A stretch of 64,000 nucleotides of DNA, from positions 9,300,001 through 9,364,000 of the forward strand of contig OZ249449.1 of NCBI GenBank assembly GCA_965235115.1. Reading direction: 5' to 3'. Positions 49,401-61,800 of this stretch are shown one piece after another; position 1 is the first letter of the stretch, and every line of letters begins with the position of its first letter. Position numbers and translations under genes: made by a program. The notes below the pieces were generated by a model, which was not told the origin of the DNA, ran no database searches, and worked only from the letters and a program-made list of their open reading frames with translations. Source of the stretch: Laetmonice hystrix (taxonomy: Eukaryota).

Positions 49401-52400
49401 GTAACAGATGGTGTAATGGAGAAGATGTACCTTGTGATATAGAAGTCGTTGACTAAACTGTTGCGCTCGTCGGAATGTATCAGTTTGTTGATTCCCCCAG
49501 CCACTGATAGAGTGCACCACGTGATTTGATCTCAGCGACGCCTGGTGGAGACAAGACCAGGTTTTAAACACGCTCCCCTCCCCTACTCCCCGCATGATAC
49601 CCGTGACACCAATGACCCCGGTAGTTCAGAACCAGTCGCTGCTCTGCTGACTCTCCTGCTTCAGTCACGTCATGACGTCACGTCATGACGGTCAAGCCTG
49701 TCAGGCTTAAACACTCAGACCAACTAGATCTGATTCAAACTAAATAAAAAGTGCACTTCTAGTTCATATTCAGAGTCAAGATAACCAGGTAAACATCGGG
49801 TGCCATATGTAACGTTAGGCATCGAAGGCCAGCGCAGCATCAGGTCAAGCTGGGAGTCGTACACAGCAAAGAAAATCCAGCATTTTATTGTGATTTTAGT
49901 TTAAATTGGATTAAAAGCTTTGAAAGGAGATGAAAAATGGCTGGGCATGCTGCGATTTGTAACGTGGTAAAGCTGTCAATAGATAATATTGTTTCAAAGT
50001 ATTCATTGTTGTATTTTTTTCTTCTTCTTTTCTTGTTATTCGTTGCGATATTCTCTTAGATTTTGTTCCCATGTAAGGAGCCTTTTGATTGGCCGGGGCA
50101 GGAACCACTCAGGACGTTTCTTACATTAGGTGCACAACTTTGTTTGGAAGCGAGGTTGCTGGGAACTGATTGACATATTTAAATGTGTCTGTGTTATATA
50201 TGGTACTGAGAAACAGATTATCCAATCTCAAAAATACAGGAAGCATTGTAAGATCTCTAGGTCAAGTACATATTTTATTTTCTAGGGGATCATCTGGTTA
50301 TAGTGGGCTTTTTTTTGTCATTGTCCTTATATACAGTTCCACTGTCAAAATTGTGTGACATAGAAATATTCAGGATGAATTTTAGAAATGGTGATGTATC
50401 GTTGTAGATAAACATTTGTTTCGTTCACCCTAGAATCTCACTTTTTAATGTTGTGTTTGAGTTTTATGAATTTGTTATGGTAACATGGCTGTGTGCCTGT
50501 ATACGTGACAACACCTCTGATTGAACTAAACCAATCATTAGGGCATACAGAAGGCATATCTGCGCTGCCGAACTGACAACGCGGACTTATCTAACCTAGG
50601 TGTGGCGCTCTTCTCTGGAATTTATGGACCAGCCTGAATTTGCTCATTGAAATTTTTTCTCATCCCCGCAGTGTACGTCGTGACCTAGGGTTCACTTTGC
50701 TAATCTGTAGCTATTCTCCCCCAGTGGGATTCGTAATTTGCCATTCTGTAGGACAGAGCTACAGTTGTGTACGTGTCTTAGTTAAGAAAGTGACTTACTG
50801 TTCGCGGTGCAATCCTGTCAGGCGTTACAGCGCCACCTGGTGTGTAAATGTGACGTTTATGGTGTGTTTGTTACTAGCTGGGCACGTGGTGACGTCAGAG
50901 TGAAGGAGTGAACCATTGAACGTCTCAATGCCGTCGGTAGCCGAGTGTTGCTGAGAACGACCGACATGCACGCCGAGTGGCTTACGTCGGTCTTGGAATG
51001 AATGTTTTATTTACGGCCAGCAGAAACTGTTAGTGGTTCCGTTGAACTCTAGCTTCCCGAGACCAAGCTATGAACGAGGTTGATTTTACAGGGTGTGCGT
51101 GCGTGCGTGTGTAAGCTGCATGCAGAGGTTGGCAGCATGCAGCTGTGTTTTATTCAAGTTTCGTTTCCACATTCGTGTCTGTAGTCAAAGATTTTTAATC
51201 GTTGGGTTTTTATCAGTGGTTCTCGGTAGAGAGAGGGGTGACACTGACAGAGGGGTGATGACGTGTACATTGTATAAGTAAAGATGGTTGCAATGTTAAG
51301 GATATCCTACCCTCAACCCTCACCCCCTGCACACACACACCCCTTTTCTTACTCTCTCCTACCCCTCCATTTCTGATCCCGTATAAACTGGGGTACTGCC
51401 CTCTCCCCTGACCTCGAAGATTATCTAGTTGTATTACAGTGTAATTAATATTAAGGCAGATAGCATGCCACAGACTTGTGTAAAAAAAACTTTGACACAA
51501 ATGAGCTCAACGCGACAACTCTGCACTATTAAAGTCATGCTAAGCTTCAGCTGCTGTTTTTTTTCTCTCTCCCACGGTCTCCCTTTTACCAACAAATATA
51601 CACAAATAAAATCACAGTACTTGGTATGTCTGCAAGCCCTGCGTTCTTTCCCTTTGCGACGAATCACAGTGCACAGTTGGCCGCAGTGCTTTGAAGGGCG
51701 TCATGCCCTCTAGCGGGTGATGTGCGTACTACGGTAGAGTCAATCCATGTGTTTTATAAGGAAGAGTGATCCTAGTGCAAGTGCACCCGTGTAAAAAAGC
51801 AAATAACCCTTCATGTAAAGAATTTAGAGTACTATATTCTGTGTTTACGCAATGAGTTGACGTCTCCAGAGCTGGATTTTCAAAACTCGGTCCTTGATTA
51901 AGGTTAACGTATCTGATTGCCCGGCCTGTTTGAACCAGACGATCATGTGCGTAAATCTTGAACGTAAGAAAGAATTGGAGTTTTGGGAATCCGGCCTGTG
52001 TAATTACTGGCGTAATGCAGTGGGTATCGGCATTCCACGGGGACAAGGCGTTCACCTTTATTCACTCCATGCATGAAAACTAAAGCATTGCACCTGTTTC
52101 CCATTCGTATGGTTCGAGCTATTTATCCTATTTTTTTATTATTGTGCTAGAGGTTTGTGATCCTAAAAAATTAGGAACACTTGCTCCCCCTGGCGTGACG
52201 ATAGTGTAACTCGCCAACTGCCTACAAAACTACAGACCAAAACCCACTTGTCAATTCTTCTCGCTTGTCTAACGTTCCCAGCTGCCGTCAGGAGGCGCCC
52301 GCGTCACCCGTCCGGTAGAGGGCTCTGCATGGCGGAGAACGTGGGTGTCCACCTGGTGGCAAGCTGGGTTGATTGTTCAATGTAGCTTCGTCGTGTCGGT

Positions 52401-52793
52401 TCACGTGTACAGAAACCTCAATAAAATCAAGTATAATAAACACAGAGTCCGTGTGGCGCATTCATCATTATTATCTCCATAACCAAGAAAAAGTTGATTG
52501 TGAAAATATGTACGGTTCAGGACGGACAGTTGAAATTAGGACTGGGTGGGACTGCATGGTCACTATCTTAAAGGGAAATGTGAGTGTTCAAAGCGCCACC
52601 TAGTGAGTCGCGTTGGTACCACGGGGGGGGGGGGGAATGTGAGTATTCAAAGCGCCGCGTAGTGAGCTTTAACAGAAAAATGTTTGGCTTATTTATGCAG
52701 TTAACTAGTTTGATGTGGAAATCAGTAGTATTTTTAAAGCATGAACCAAACTGTGTGCCAGAACCAGTCTAGTCCATTGAATGCTATAGTTAA

Positions 52794-54113
52794 AGGAGAA
52801 GTCCAGTCAAAAATCACATTTGGACAGCTGCAAGGCCTCTATATACACTCACCTTTCAGAGTAGTGGTTGGAAACAAATGTCCATATTCCAAGAAGTCAT
52901 AAGTTGAACATGACAACCCTGTCAAAATCACTGGCTTCAGCGGCGCAGCCATTTGTTGCTATTGGGCTGGCCGGAAGTGACGTTCCAGGGCTAATCTATT
53001 GGCTGCATGCCGGGGCTAGGCTAGACTAGACTAAAGCAACGGCAGCCGAGGCGGGTCGGCAACTCAATGGGGGTCAGTCCCACAGTCACAGTCACAACTA
53101 AACGCAACAGGTCTGTGCTGAACTGGCCACAGGAGTCTGACACTGCCAGCACCCGCCCGCGGTGACGGGTCGGAGTCAGGGCCCGGCCCCCGGCCCAGTG
53201 GCAGTGGACGTCCGTCAATATCACATCTCCGAGCGGGACGAATTGAATTCAGGCGGCCGAAACCCACGGCTGGAGCTTGCCCAGATCCGTGTCCACCCTG
53301 ATATATCCCCTGACATCGGTAGGCTTAATTCTTAGCCATTCCTCATCACTATGATCGATGGTTTTCGTCTATGTTCTAACAAATTTTGCTTAAGCTGTCA
53401 ACGTTAACGCTGCCTTTCGAATCGCTCAACGCAACAGGTGCGTCAGTTTTTCGTTCCTCCCAAACTGGAGAGCAGTTGTCGGAGCATGCGCAATGTAAGA
53501 TTAGCCCAAGGAGCAGACGCTATGGCGGCCACCAGCAGCGGAGTAGGTTCTAAGCAGGCTCCGGCACTAAAGTCATAGGCGCCAGAAGCGGGGGGGGGGG
53601 GCAGGGGGGGCGACCGCCCCCTCAATAATCTGGTTGGTGGGGCATCGCCCCCCCCCCAATAATCTGTGATCATGAATAAAAAAAAAAGGCAGGTTTTTCC
53701 ACATACAGTAGGCCTGTTGAAACTATGACTTGGGTGCGTCAAAGACTGGGTCGATTGTCCTGATGATACATTAATACATTGTAATTTATTCATTTACGCC
53801 TTCAAAACATAAAAAATCCTGCCTCAAAATGGCGTAGAAAAGCGTTTTAAGGTGTGTAGTTTTTAAAATTTTCTTGAGGAGGGCCTCCGATCCTGCTTTA
53901 CTAGGCCTAAGCATGTTGTAGCCTATGACTTTCGCTTCAGCTCTCTTGCCCCCCCCCCCCCCCCAATAATAATTTGCTTCCGGCGCCCCTGACTAAAGTG
54001 CTTATATCTTAACTATTTGAGCACCAATTGTGTTCAAATCTTTTTTAAATTGCTTAATTAGAATATCACGGCCTGTGTGCCTGGCCTGTACACACTGGCG
54101 GTGGACTTTTCTT
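52794..54113. mobile_element. Second TTAA-specific element inserted into MITE copy 2
   Basis: TTAA duplicated at 52790-52793 and 54114-54117 (single TTAA at the empty site in copy 1); imperfect TIR AGGAGAAGTCCA / TGGACTTTTCTT (10/12). Confidence 0.85.
53574..53991. mobile_element. 418-bp hAT-type MITE (innermost nested element)
   Basis: 8-bp TSD ACTAAAGT at 53566-53573 and 53992-53999; TIR CATAGGCGCCAGAAGC / GCTTCCGGCGCCCCTG. Confidence 0.88.
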
Positions 54114-54559
54114 TTAAGGCCCTGTTTTACCAAGGCACTGACTGTTTGGCAGGCTGTAACTTTTTTTTTGATTCGGTGACTCCCAATTTATTTTGTTTTA
54201 AACTATTAGTCCTGATCCACTTTATCTTGTGACCGAGTTTCAGGAGAAAATTGGTGGTCTTTTTTTAACTATTAGTCAAAATGTCTGAAAAATCCTGTTT
54301 TTCCCATTGAAACCTATAATAAAGACCCATTTTTTACGGAGGCCTGTATAAAAAAAATCTAATTCGGTGACATATGATTTTTTTTGTTTCTTTGTACTCC
54401 TAAGGACAAAGGCTATCCCCCATAAAAATATTTTGAAAATTCTAGTGGTCGACTCGAACACTCACATTTCCCTTTAAATTAGGATAGGGGAGCTGAAACA
54501 ATCGGGCACACTTGAAAAACACGGTCGGGGGGGGGCAAACCCCCCTATGTAGGCCTACC

Positions 54560-54852
54560 ATTGTAAGGCGGCATGTGTCATGTCGATGAGTATAATTATA
54601 GATTCTAGTGGTAAAGTTGGAGGCTCACCTTATCCATGATCATGGAAGCTTAAATACTTTAACGGCAAGCCTGATTTCGGTGGATTTCAGTCGGTTTCGG
54701 TATGCAGTAGTACCTGTCCTACCTGGCGCCACCAGTTTGTCCACGTTTTGTTGGTCGCCGCCGCCACCAGTCTCCTCGGAGCTCGGAGGGATCGTAGATA
54801 CGATAGCACGTCGTGTATGGAGGGATTCGTCCATTATACCTGGCGCCACCTG
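54560..54852 (+). promoter_or_regulatory. Probable promoter and first non-coding exon of gene C
   Basis: CpG-rich segment ending in donor CCTG|gtgagt at 54852; next acceptor tttttcag| at 55804. Confidence 0.5.
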
Positions 54853-55820
54853 GTGAGTATGGGATTCGTCTTGTTGGACCCCGCAGCCGCCAGGCGGCGC
54901 CACTATTATAGTCTCCACTGCGGGATTCCTCTTCTCTTTTTGACCCCCGCAGGCGATAGATTACAACAAATCGCCTATCACTATCAGCGCCTTCCCTGTG
55001 TCTGTGACTGGGCCGATATTTCCGGTGAGAACAATAGCATAGGTAGCATGTTAACAATAACATATTAGGCGTAAAACAGGTTACTTTGCCTTTGGTAACG
55101 TTAGCTGAAAATACAACATTTCGGATGTAGGGGTCGATTGAGAGGGTAGTGTTTGGCCAAAGTCGGCCTAGACCGGGAATGGGTGGCACTTTTCACCGAG
55201 AACGACCGAGGACTACCGCGGACTAGTCAAGACCGGGGTCCTAAGCTAACTAACCCGAGCAGGTGAAGACAAAAGATTGGCAACTCCCATCTGCCTAGAT
55301 AATCTGCTCTCCACTAGAGCATGTCATGGCGAACGCCGCCCAACCTATTTTTTAACTATCACTAGAGTCACTCCTCTAATAACAGTATCCCTAACGAAGC
55401 CAAGGCCTGGCCTAACTAACCCAAAAATTTGGCAAAATCCCTCAAAGAGTTTTGTAATACCCCATCCCTAAGACTTAGTCCTAAGGACAGTGTTCTGCAG
55501 TCGTTCGAGGCAGACCATTTGATGTGTGTGTGTGTGTGGGGGGGGGGCTATGGCTATGGTTTTTCTTTATTAGCAATTACTAAATTAGCAACCTTCTTTT
55601 ATTTTTGCCGCCCATGCCAAAGCTATCTTTTTTTCGCTATAGATGACCATTTCTCAAACTATTTTTTCCCATTTAGACTAGACCTCTATAATATATATTT
55701 GTTTACATAGGGAACAAACTATTTTTTAATGTAGTTTGATGAACAAACTATGTTTTTTCACGTATTTGGGAACAGATTATTTTTTTATCGCCCATTTTTT
55801 CAGATCTGATAAGGTGTGAC

Positions 55821-58800
55821 ATGGATACCTCAGGGCGGACGTCAACTGATTGCTATGGCAACTGTTTGGTGTGTGGTCAAACACTCGACAACCAGTCTTC
55901 CTTCATCAATGTGTTTGAGAATAATCTGGGCACAGAGTCGACTGTTCAACAGGTAAGGATCGTAGGGAGAAAGAATAATCTGGGCACAGAGTCGACTGTT
56001 CAACAGGTAAGGATCGTAGGGAGAAAGAATAATCTGGGCACAGAGTGGACTGTTCAACAGGTAAGGATCGTAGGGAGAAAGAATAATCTGGGTACCGAGT
56101 CGACTGTTCAACAGGTAAGGATCGTAGGGAGAAAGAATAATCTGGGTACAGAGTCGACTGTTCAACAGGTAAGGATCGTAGGGAGAAAGAATAATCTGGG
56201 CACAGAGTCGACTGTTCAACAGGTAAGGATCGTAGGGAGAAAGAATAATCTGGGTACAGAGTCGACTGTTCAACAGGTAAGGATCGTAGGGAGAAAGAAT
56301 AATCTGGGCACAGAGTGGACTGTTCAACAGGTAAGGATCGTAGGGAGAAAGAATAATCTGGGCACAGAGTGGACTGTTCAACAGGTAAGGATCGTAGGGA
56401 GAAAGAATAATCTGGGTACAGAGTCGACTGTTCAACAGGTAAGGATCGTAGGGAGAAAGAATAATCTGGGTACAGAGTCGACTGTTCAACAGGTAAGGAT
56501 CGTAGGGAGAAAGAATAATCTGGGTACAGAGTCGACTGTTCAACAGGTAAGGATCGTAGGGAGAAAGAATAATCTGGGCACAGAGTCGACTGTTCAACAG
56601 GTAAGGATCGTAGGCAGAAAGAATAATCTGGGTACCGAGTCGACTGTTCAACAGGTAAGGATCGTAGGGAGAAAGAATAATCTGGGCACAGAGTCGACTG
56701 TTCAACAGGTAAGGATCGTAGGGAGAAAGAATAATCTGGGTACCGAGTCGACTGTTCAACAGGTAAGGATCGTAGGGAGAAAGAATAATCTGGGTACAGA
56801 GTCGACTGTTCAACAGGTAAGGATCGTAGGGAGAAAGAATAATCTGGGTACCGAGTCGACTGTTCAACAGGTAAGGATCGTAGGGAGAAAGAATAATCTG
56901 GGCACAGAGTCGACTGTTCAACAGGTAAGGATCGTAGGGAGAAAGAATAATCTGGGCACAGAGTCGACTGTTCAACAGGTAAGGATCGTAGGGAGAAAGA
57001 ATAATCTGGGCACAGAGTCGACTGTTCAACAGGTAAGGATCGTAGGGAGAAAGAATAATCTGGGCACAGAGTCGACTGTTCAACAGGTAAGGATCGTAGG
57101 GAGAAAGAATAATCTGGGCACAGAGTCGACTGTTCAACAGGTAAGGATCGTAGGGAGAAAGAATAATCTGGGCACAGAGTCGACTGTTCAACAGGTAAGG
57201 ATCGTAGGGAGAAAGAATAATCTGGGCACAGAGTCGACTGTTCAACAGGTAAGGATCGTAGGGAGAAAGAATAATCTGGGCACAGAGTCGACTGTTCAAC
57301 AGGTAAGGATCGTAGGGAGAAAGAATAATCTGGGCACAGAGTCGACTGTTCAACAGGTAAAGATCGTAGGGAGAAAGAATAATCTGGGCACAGAGTCGAC
57401 TGTTCAACAGGTAAAGATCGTAGGGAGAAAGAATAATCTGGGTGTGCAGAGTCGACTGTTCAACAGGTAAGGATCGTAGGGAGAAAGAATAATCTGGGCA
57501 CAGAGTCGACTGTTCAACAGGTAAGGATCGTAGGGAGAAAGAATAATCTGGGCACAGAGTCGACTGTTCAACAGGTAAGGATCGTAGGGAGAAAGAATAA
57601 TCTGGGTACCGAGTCGACTGTTCAACAGGTAAGGATCGTAGGGAGAAAGAATAATCTGGGTACAGAGTCGACTGTTCAACAGGTAAGGATCGTAGGGAGA
57701 AAGAATAATCTGGGCACAGAGTGGACTGTTCAACAGGTAAGGATCGTAGGGAGAAAGAATAATCTGGGTACCGAGTCGACTGTTCAACAGGTAAGGATCG
57801 TAGGGAGAAAGAATAATCTGGGTACAGAGTCGACTGTTCAACAGGTAAGGATCGTAGGGAGAAAGAATAATCTGGGCACAGAGTCGACTGTTCAACAGGT
57901 AAGGATCGTAGGGAGAAAGAATAATCTGGGTACAGAGTCGACTGTTCAACAGGTAAGGATCGTAGGGAGAAAGAATAATCTGGGCACAGAGTGGACTGTT
58001 CAACAGGTAAGGATCGTAGGGAGAAAGAATAATCTGGGCACAGAGTGGACTGTTCAACAGGTAAGGATCGTAGGGAGAAAGAATAATCTGGGCACAGAGT
58101 CGACTGTTCAACAGGTAAGGATCGTAGGGAGAAAGAATAATCTGGGTACAGAGTCGACTGTTCAACAGGTAAGGATCGTAGGGAGAAAGAATAATCTGGG
58201 TACAGAGTCGACTGTTCAACAGGTAAGGATCGTAGGGAGAAAGAATAATCTGGGCACAGAGTCGACTGTTCAACAGGTAAGGATCGTAGGCAGAAAGAAT
58301 AATCTGGGTACCGAGTCGACTGTTCAACAGGTAAGGATCGTAGGGAGAAAGAATAATCTGGGCACAGAGTCGACTGTTCAACAGGTAAGGATCGTAGGGA
58401 GAAAGAATAATCTGGGTACCGAGTCGACTGTTCAACAGGTAAGGATCGTAGGGAGAAAGAATAATCTGGGTACAGAGTCGACTGTTCAACAGGTAAGGAT
58501 CGTAGGGAGAAAGAATAATCTGGGTACCGAGTCGACTGTTCAACAGGTAAGGATCGTAGGGAGAAAGAATAATCTGGGCACAGAGTCGACTGTTCAACAG
58601 GTAAGGATCGTAGGGAGAAAGAATAATCTGGGCACAGAGTCGACTGTTCAACAGGTAAGGATCGTAGGGAGAAAGAATAATCTGGGCACAGAGTCGACTG
58701 TTCAACAGGTAAGGATCGTAGGGAGAAAGAATAATCTGGGCACAGAGTCGACTGTTCAACAGGTAAGGATCGTAGGGAGAAAGAATAATCTGGGCACAGA

Positions 58801-61800
58801 GTCGACTGTTCAACAGGTAAGGATCGTAGGGAGAAAGAATAATCTGGGCACAGAGTCGACTGTTCAACAGGTAAGGATCGTAGGGAGAAAGAATAATCTG
58901 GGCACAGAGTCGACTGTTCAACAGGTAAGGATCGTAGGGAGAAAGAATAATCTGGGCACAGAGTCGACTGTTCAACAGGTAAGGATCGTAGGGAGAAAGA
59001 ATAATCTGGGCACAGAGTCGACTGTTCAACAGGTAAAGATCGTAGGGAGAAAGAATAATCTGGGCACAGAGTCGACTGTTCAACAGGTAAAGATCGTAGG
59101 GAGAAAGAATAATCTGGGTGTGCAGAGTCGACTGTTCAACAGGTAAGGATCGTAGGGAGAAAGAATAATCTGGGCACAGAGTCGACTGTTCAACAGGTAA
59201 GGATCGTAGGGAGAAAGAATAATCTGGGCACAGAGTCGACTGTTCAACAGGTAAGGATCGTAGGGAGAAAGAATAATCTGGGCACAGAGTCGACTGTTCA
59301 ACAGGTAAGGATCGTAGGGAGAAAGAATAATCTGGGCACAGAGTCGACTGTTCAACAGGTAAGGATCGTAGGGAGAAAGAATAATCTGGGCACAGAGTCG
59401 ACTGTTCAACAGGTAAGGATCGTAGGGAGAAAGAATAATCTGGGCACAGAGTCGACTGTTCAACAGGTAAGGATCGTAGGGAGAAAGAATAATCTGGGCA
59501 CAGAGTCGACTGTTCAACAGGTAAGGATCGTAGGGAGAAAGAATAATCTGGGCACAGAGTGGACTGTTCAACAGGTAAGGATCGTAGGGAGAAAGAATAA
59601 TCTGGGCACAGAGTCGACTGTTCAACAGGTAAGGATCGTAGGGAGAAAGAATAATCTGGGTACCGAGTCGACTGTTCAACAGGTAAGGATCGTAGGGAGA
59701 AAGAATAATCTGGGCACAGAGTCGACTGTTCAACAGGTAAAGATCGTAGGGAGAAAGAATAATCTGGGCACAGAGTCGACTGTTCAACAGGTAAGGATCG
59801 TAGGGAGAAAGAATAATCTGGGTACAGAGTCGACTGTTCAACAGGTAAGGATCGTAGGGAGAAAGAATAATCTGGGCACAGAGTCGACTGTTCAACAGGT
59901 AAGGATCGTAGGGAGAAAGAATAATCTGGGCACAGAGTGGACTGTTCAACAGGTAAGGATCGTAGGGAGAAAGAATAATCTGGGTACAGAGTGGACTGTT
60001 CAACAGGTAAGGATCGTAGGGAGAAAGAATAATCTGGGCACAGAGTCGACTGTTCAACAGGTAAGGATCGTAGGGAGAAAGAATAATCTGGGCACAGAGT
60101 GGACTGTTCAACAGGTAAGGATCGTAGGGAGAAAGAATAATCTGGGTACAGAGTCGACTGTTCAACAGGTAAGGATCGTAGGGAGAAAGAATAATCTGGG
60201 TACAGAGTCGACTGTTCAACAGGTAAGGATCGTAGGGAGAAAGAATAATCTGGGTACAGAGTCGACTGTTCAACAGGTAAGGATCGTAGGGAGAAAGAAT
60301 AATCTGGGTACCGAGTCGACTGTTCAACAGGTAAGGATCGTAGGGAGAAAGAATAATCTGGGTACAGAGTCGACTGTTCAACAGGTAAGGATTGTAGGGA
60401 GAAAGAATAATCTGGACACAGAGTCGACTGTTCAACAGGTAAGGATCGTAGGCAGAAAGAATAATCTGGGCACAGAGTCGACTGTTCAACAGGTAAGGAT
60501 CGTAGGGAGAAAGAATAATCTGGGCACAGAGTGGACTGTTCAACAGGTAAGGATCGTAGGGAGAAAGAATAATCTGGGTACAGAGTCGACTGTTCAACAG
60601 GTAAGGATCGTAGGGAGAAAGAATAATCTGGGCACAGAGTCGACTGTTCAACAGGTAAGGATCGTAGGGAGAAAGAATAATCTGGGTACAGAGTCGACTG
60701 TTCAACAGGTAAGGATCGTAGGGAGAAAGAATAATCTGGGTACAGAGTCGACTGTTCAACAGGTAAGGATCGTAGGGAGAAAGAATAATCTGGGTACAGA
60801 GTCGACTGTTCAACAGGTAAGGATCGTAGGGAGAAAGAATAATCTGGGCACAGAGTCGACTGTTCAACAGGTAAGGATCGTAGGGAGAAAGAATAATCTG
60901 GGCACAGAGTCGACTGTTCAACAGGTAAGGATCGTAGGGAGAAAGAATAATCTGGGCACAGAGTCGACTGTTCAACAGGTAAGGATCGTAGGGAGAAAGA
61001 ATAATCTGGGCACAGAGTGGACTGTTCAACAGGTAAGGATCGTAGGGAGAAAGAATAATCTGGGTGTGCAGAGTCGACTGTTCAACAGGTAAGGATCGTA
61101 GGGAGAAAGAATAATCTGGGCACAGAGTCGACTGTTCAACAGGTAAGGATCGTAGGGAGAAAGAATAATCTGGGTACAGAGTCGACTGTTCAACAGGTAA
61201 GGATCGTAGGGAGAAAGAATAATCTGGGTACCGAGTCGACTGTTCAACAGGTAAGGATCGTAGGCAGAAAGAATAATCTGGGTGTGCAGAGTCGACTGTT
61301 CAACAGGTAAGGATCGTAGGGAGAAAGAATAATCTGGGCACAGAGTCGACTGTTCAACAGGTAAAGATCGTAGGGAGAAAGAATAATCTGGGCACAGAGT
61401 CGACTGTTCAACAGGTAAGGATCGTAGGGAGAAAGAATAATCTGGGCACAGAGTCGACTGTTCAACAGGTAAGGATCGTAGGGAGAAAGAATAATCTGGG
61501 CACAGAGTCGACTGTTCAACAGGTAAGGATCGTAGGGAGAAAGAATAATCTGGGCACAGAGTCGACTGTTCAACAGGTAAGGATCGTAGGGAGAAAGAAT
61601 AATCTGGGCACAGAGTCGACTGTTCAACAGGTAAGGATCGTAGGGAGAAAGAATAATCTGGGCACAGAGTCGACTGTTCAACAGGTAAGGATCGTAGGGA
61701 GAAAGAATAATCTGGGCACAGAGTGGACTGTTCAACAGGTAAGGATCGTAGGGAGAAAGAATAATCTGGGTACCGAGTCGACTGTTCAACAGGTAAGGAT

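Larger units (their letters stand above)
52572..54473. mobile_element. Kolobok/T2-like MITE (copy 2, inverted relative to copy 1) interrupted by nested insertions
   Basis: TTAA at 52568-52571 and 54474-54477; perfect 18-bp TIR AGGGAAATGTGAGTGTTC; both arms align to 17050-17616. Confidence 0.92.

Noticed and set aside
49020-49610. Short ORFs on both strands downstream of GSK3
   Set aside because: No homology recognised and frames interrupted; more likely 3'UTR or intergenic sequence.
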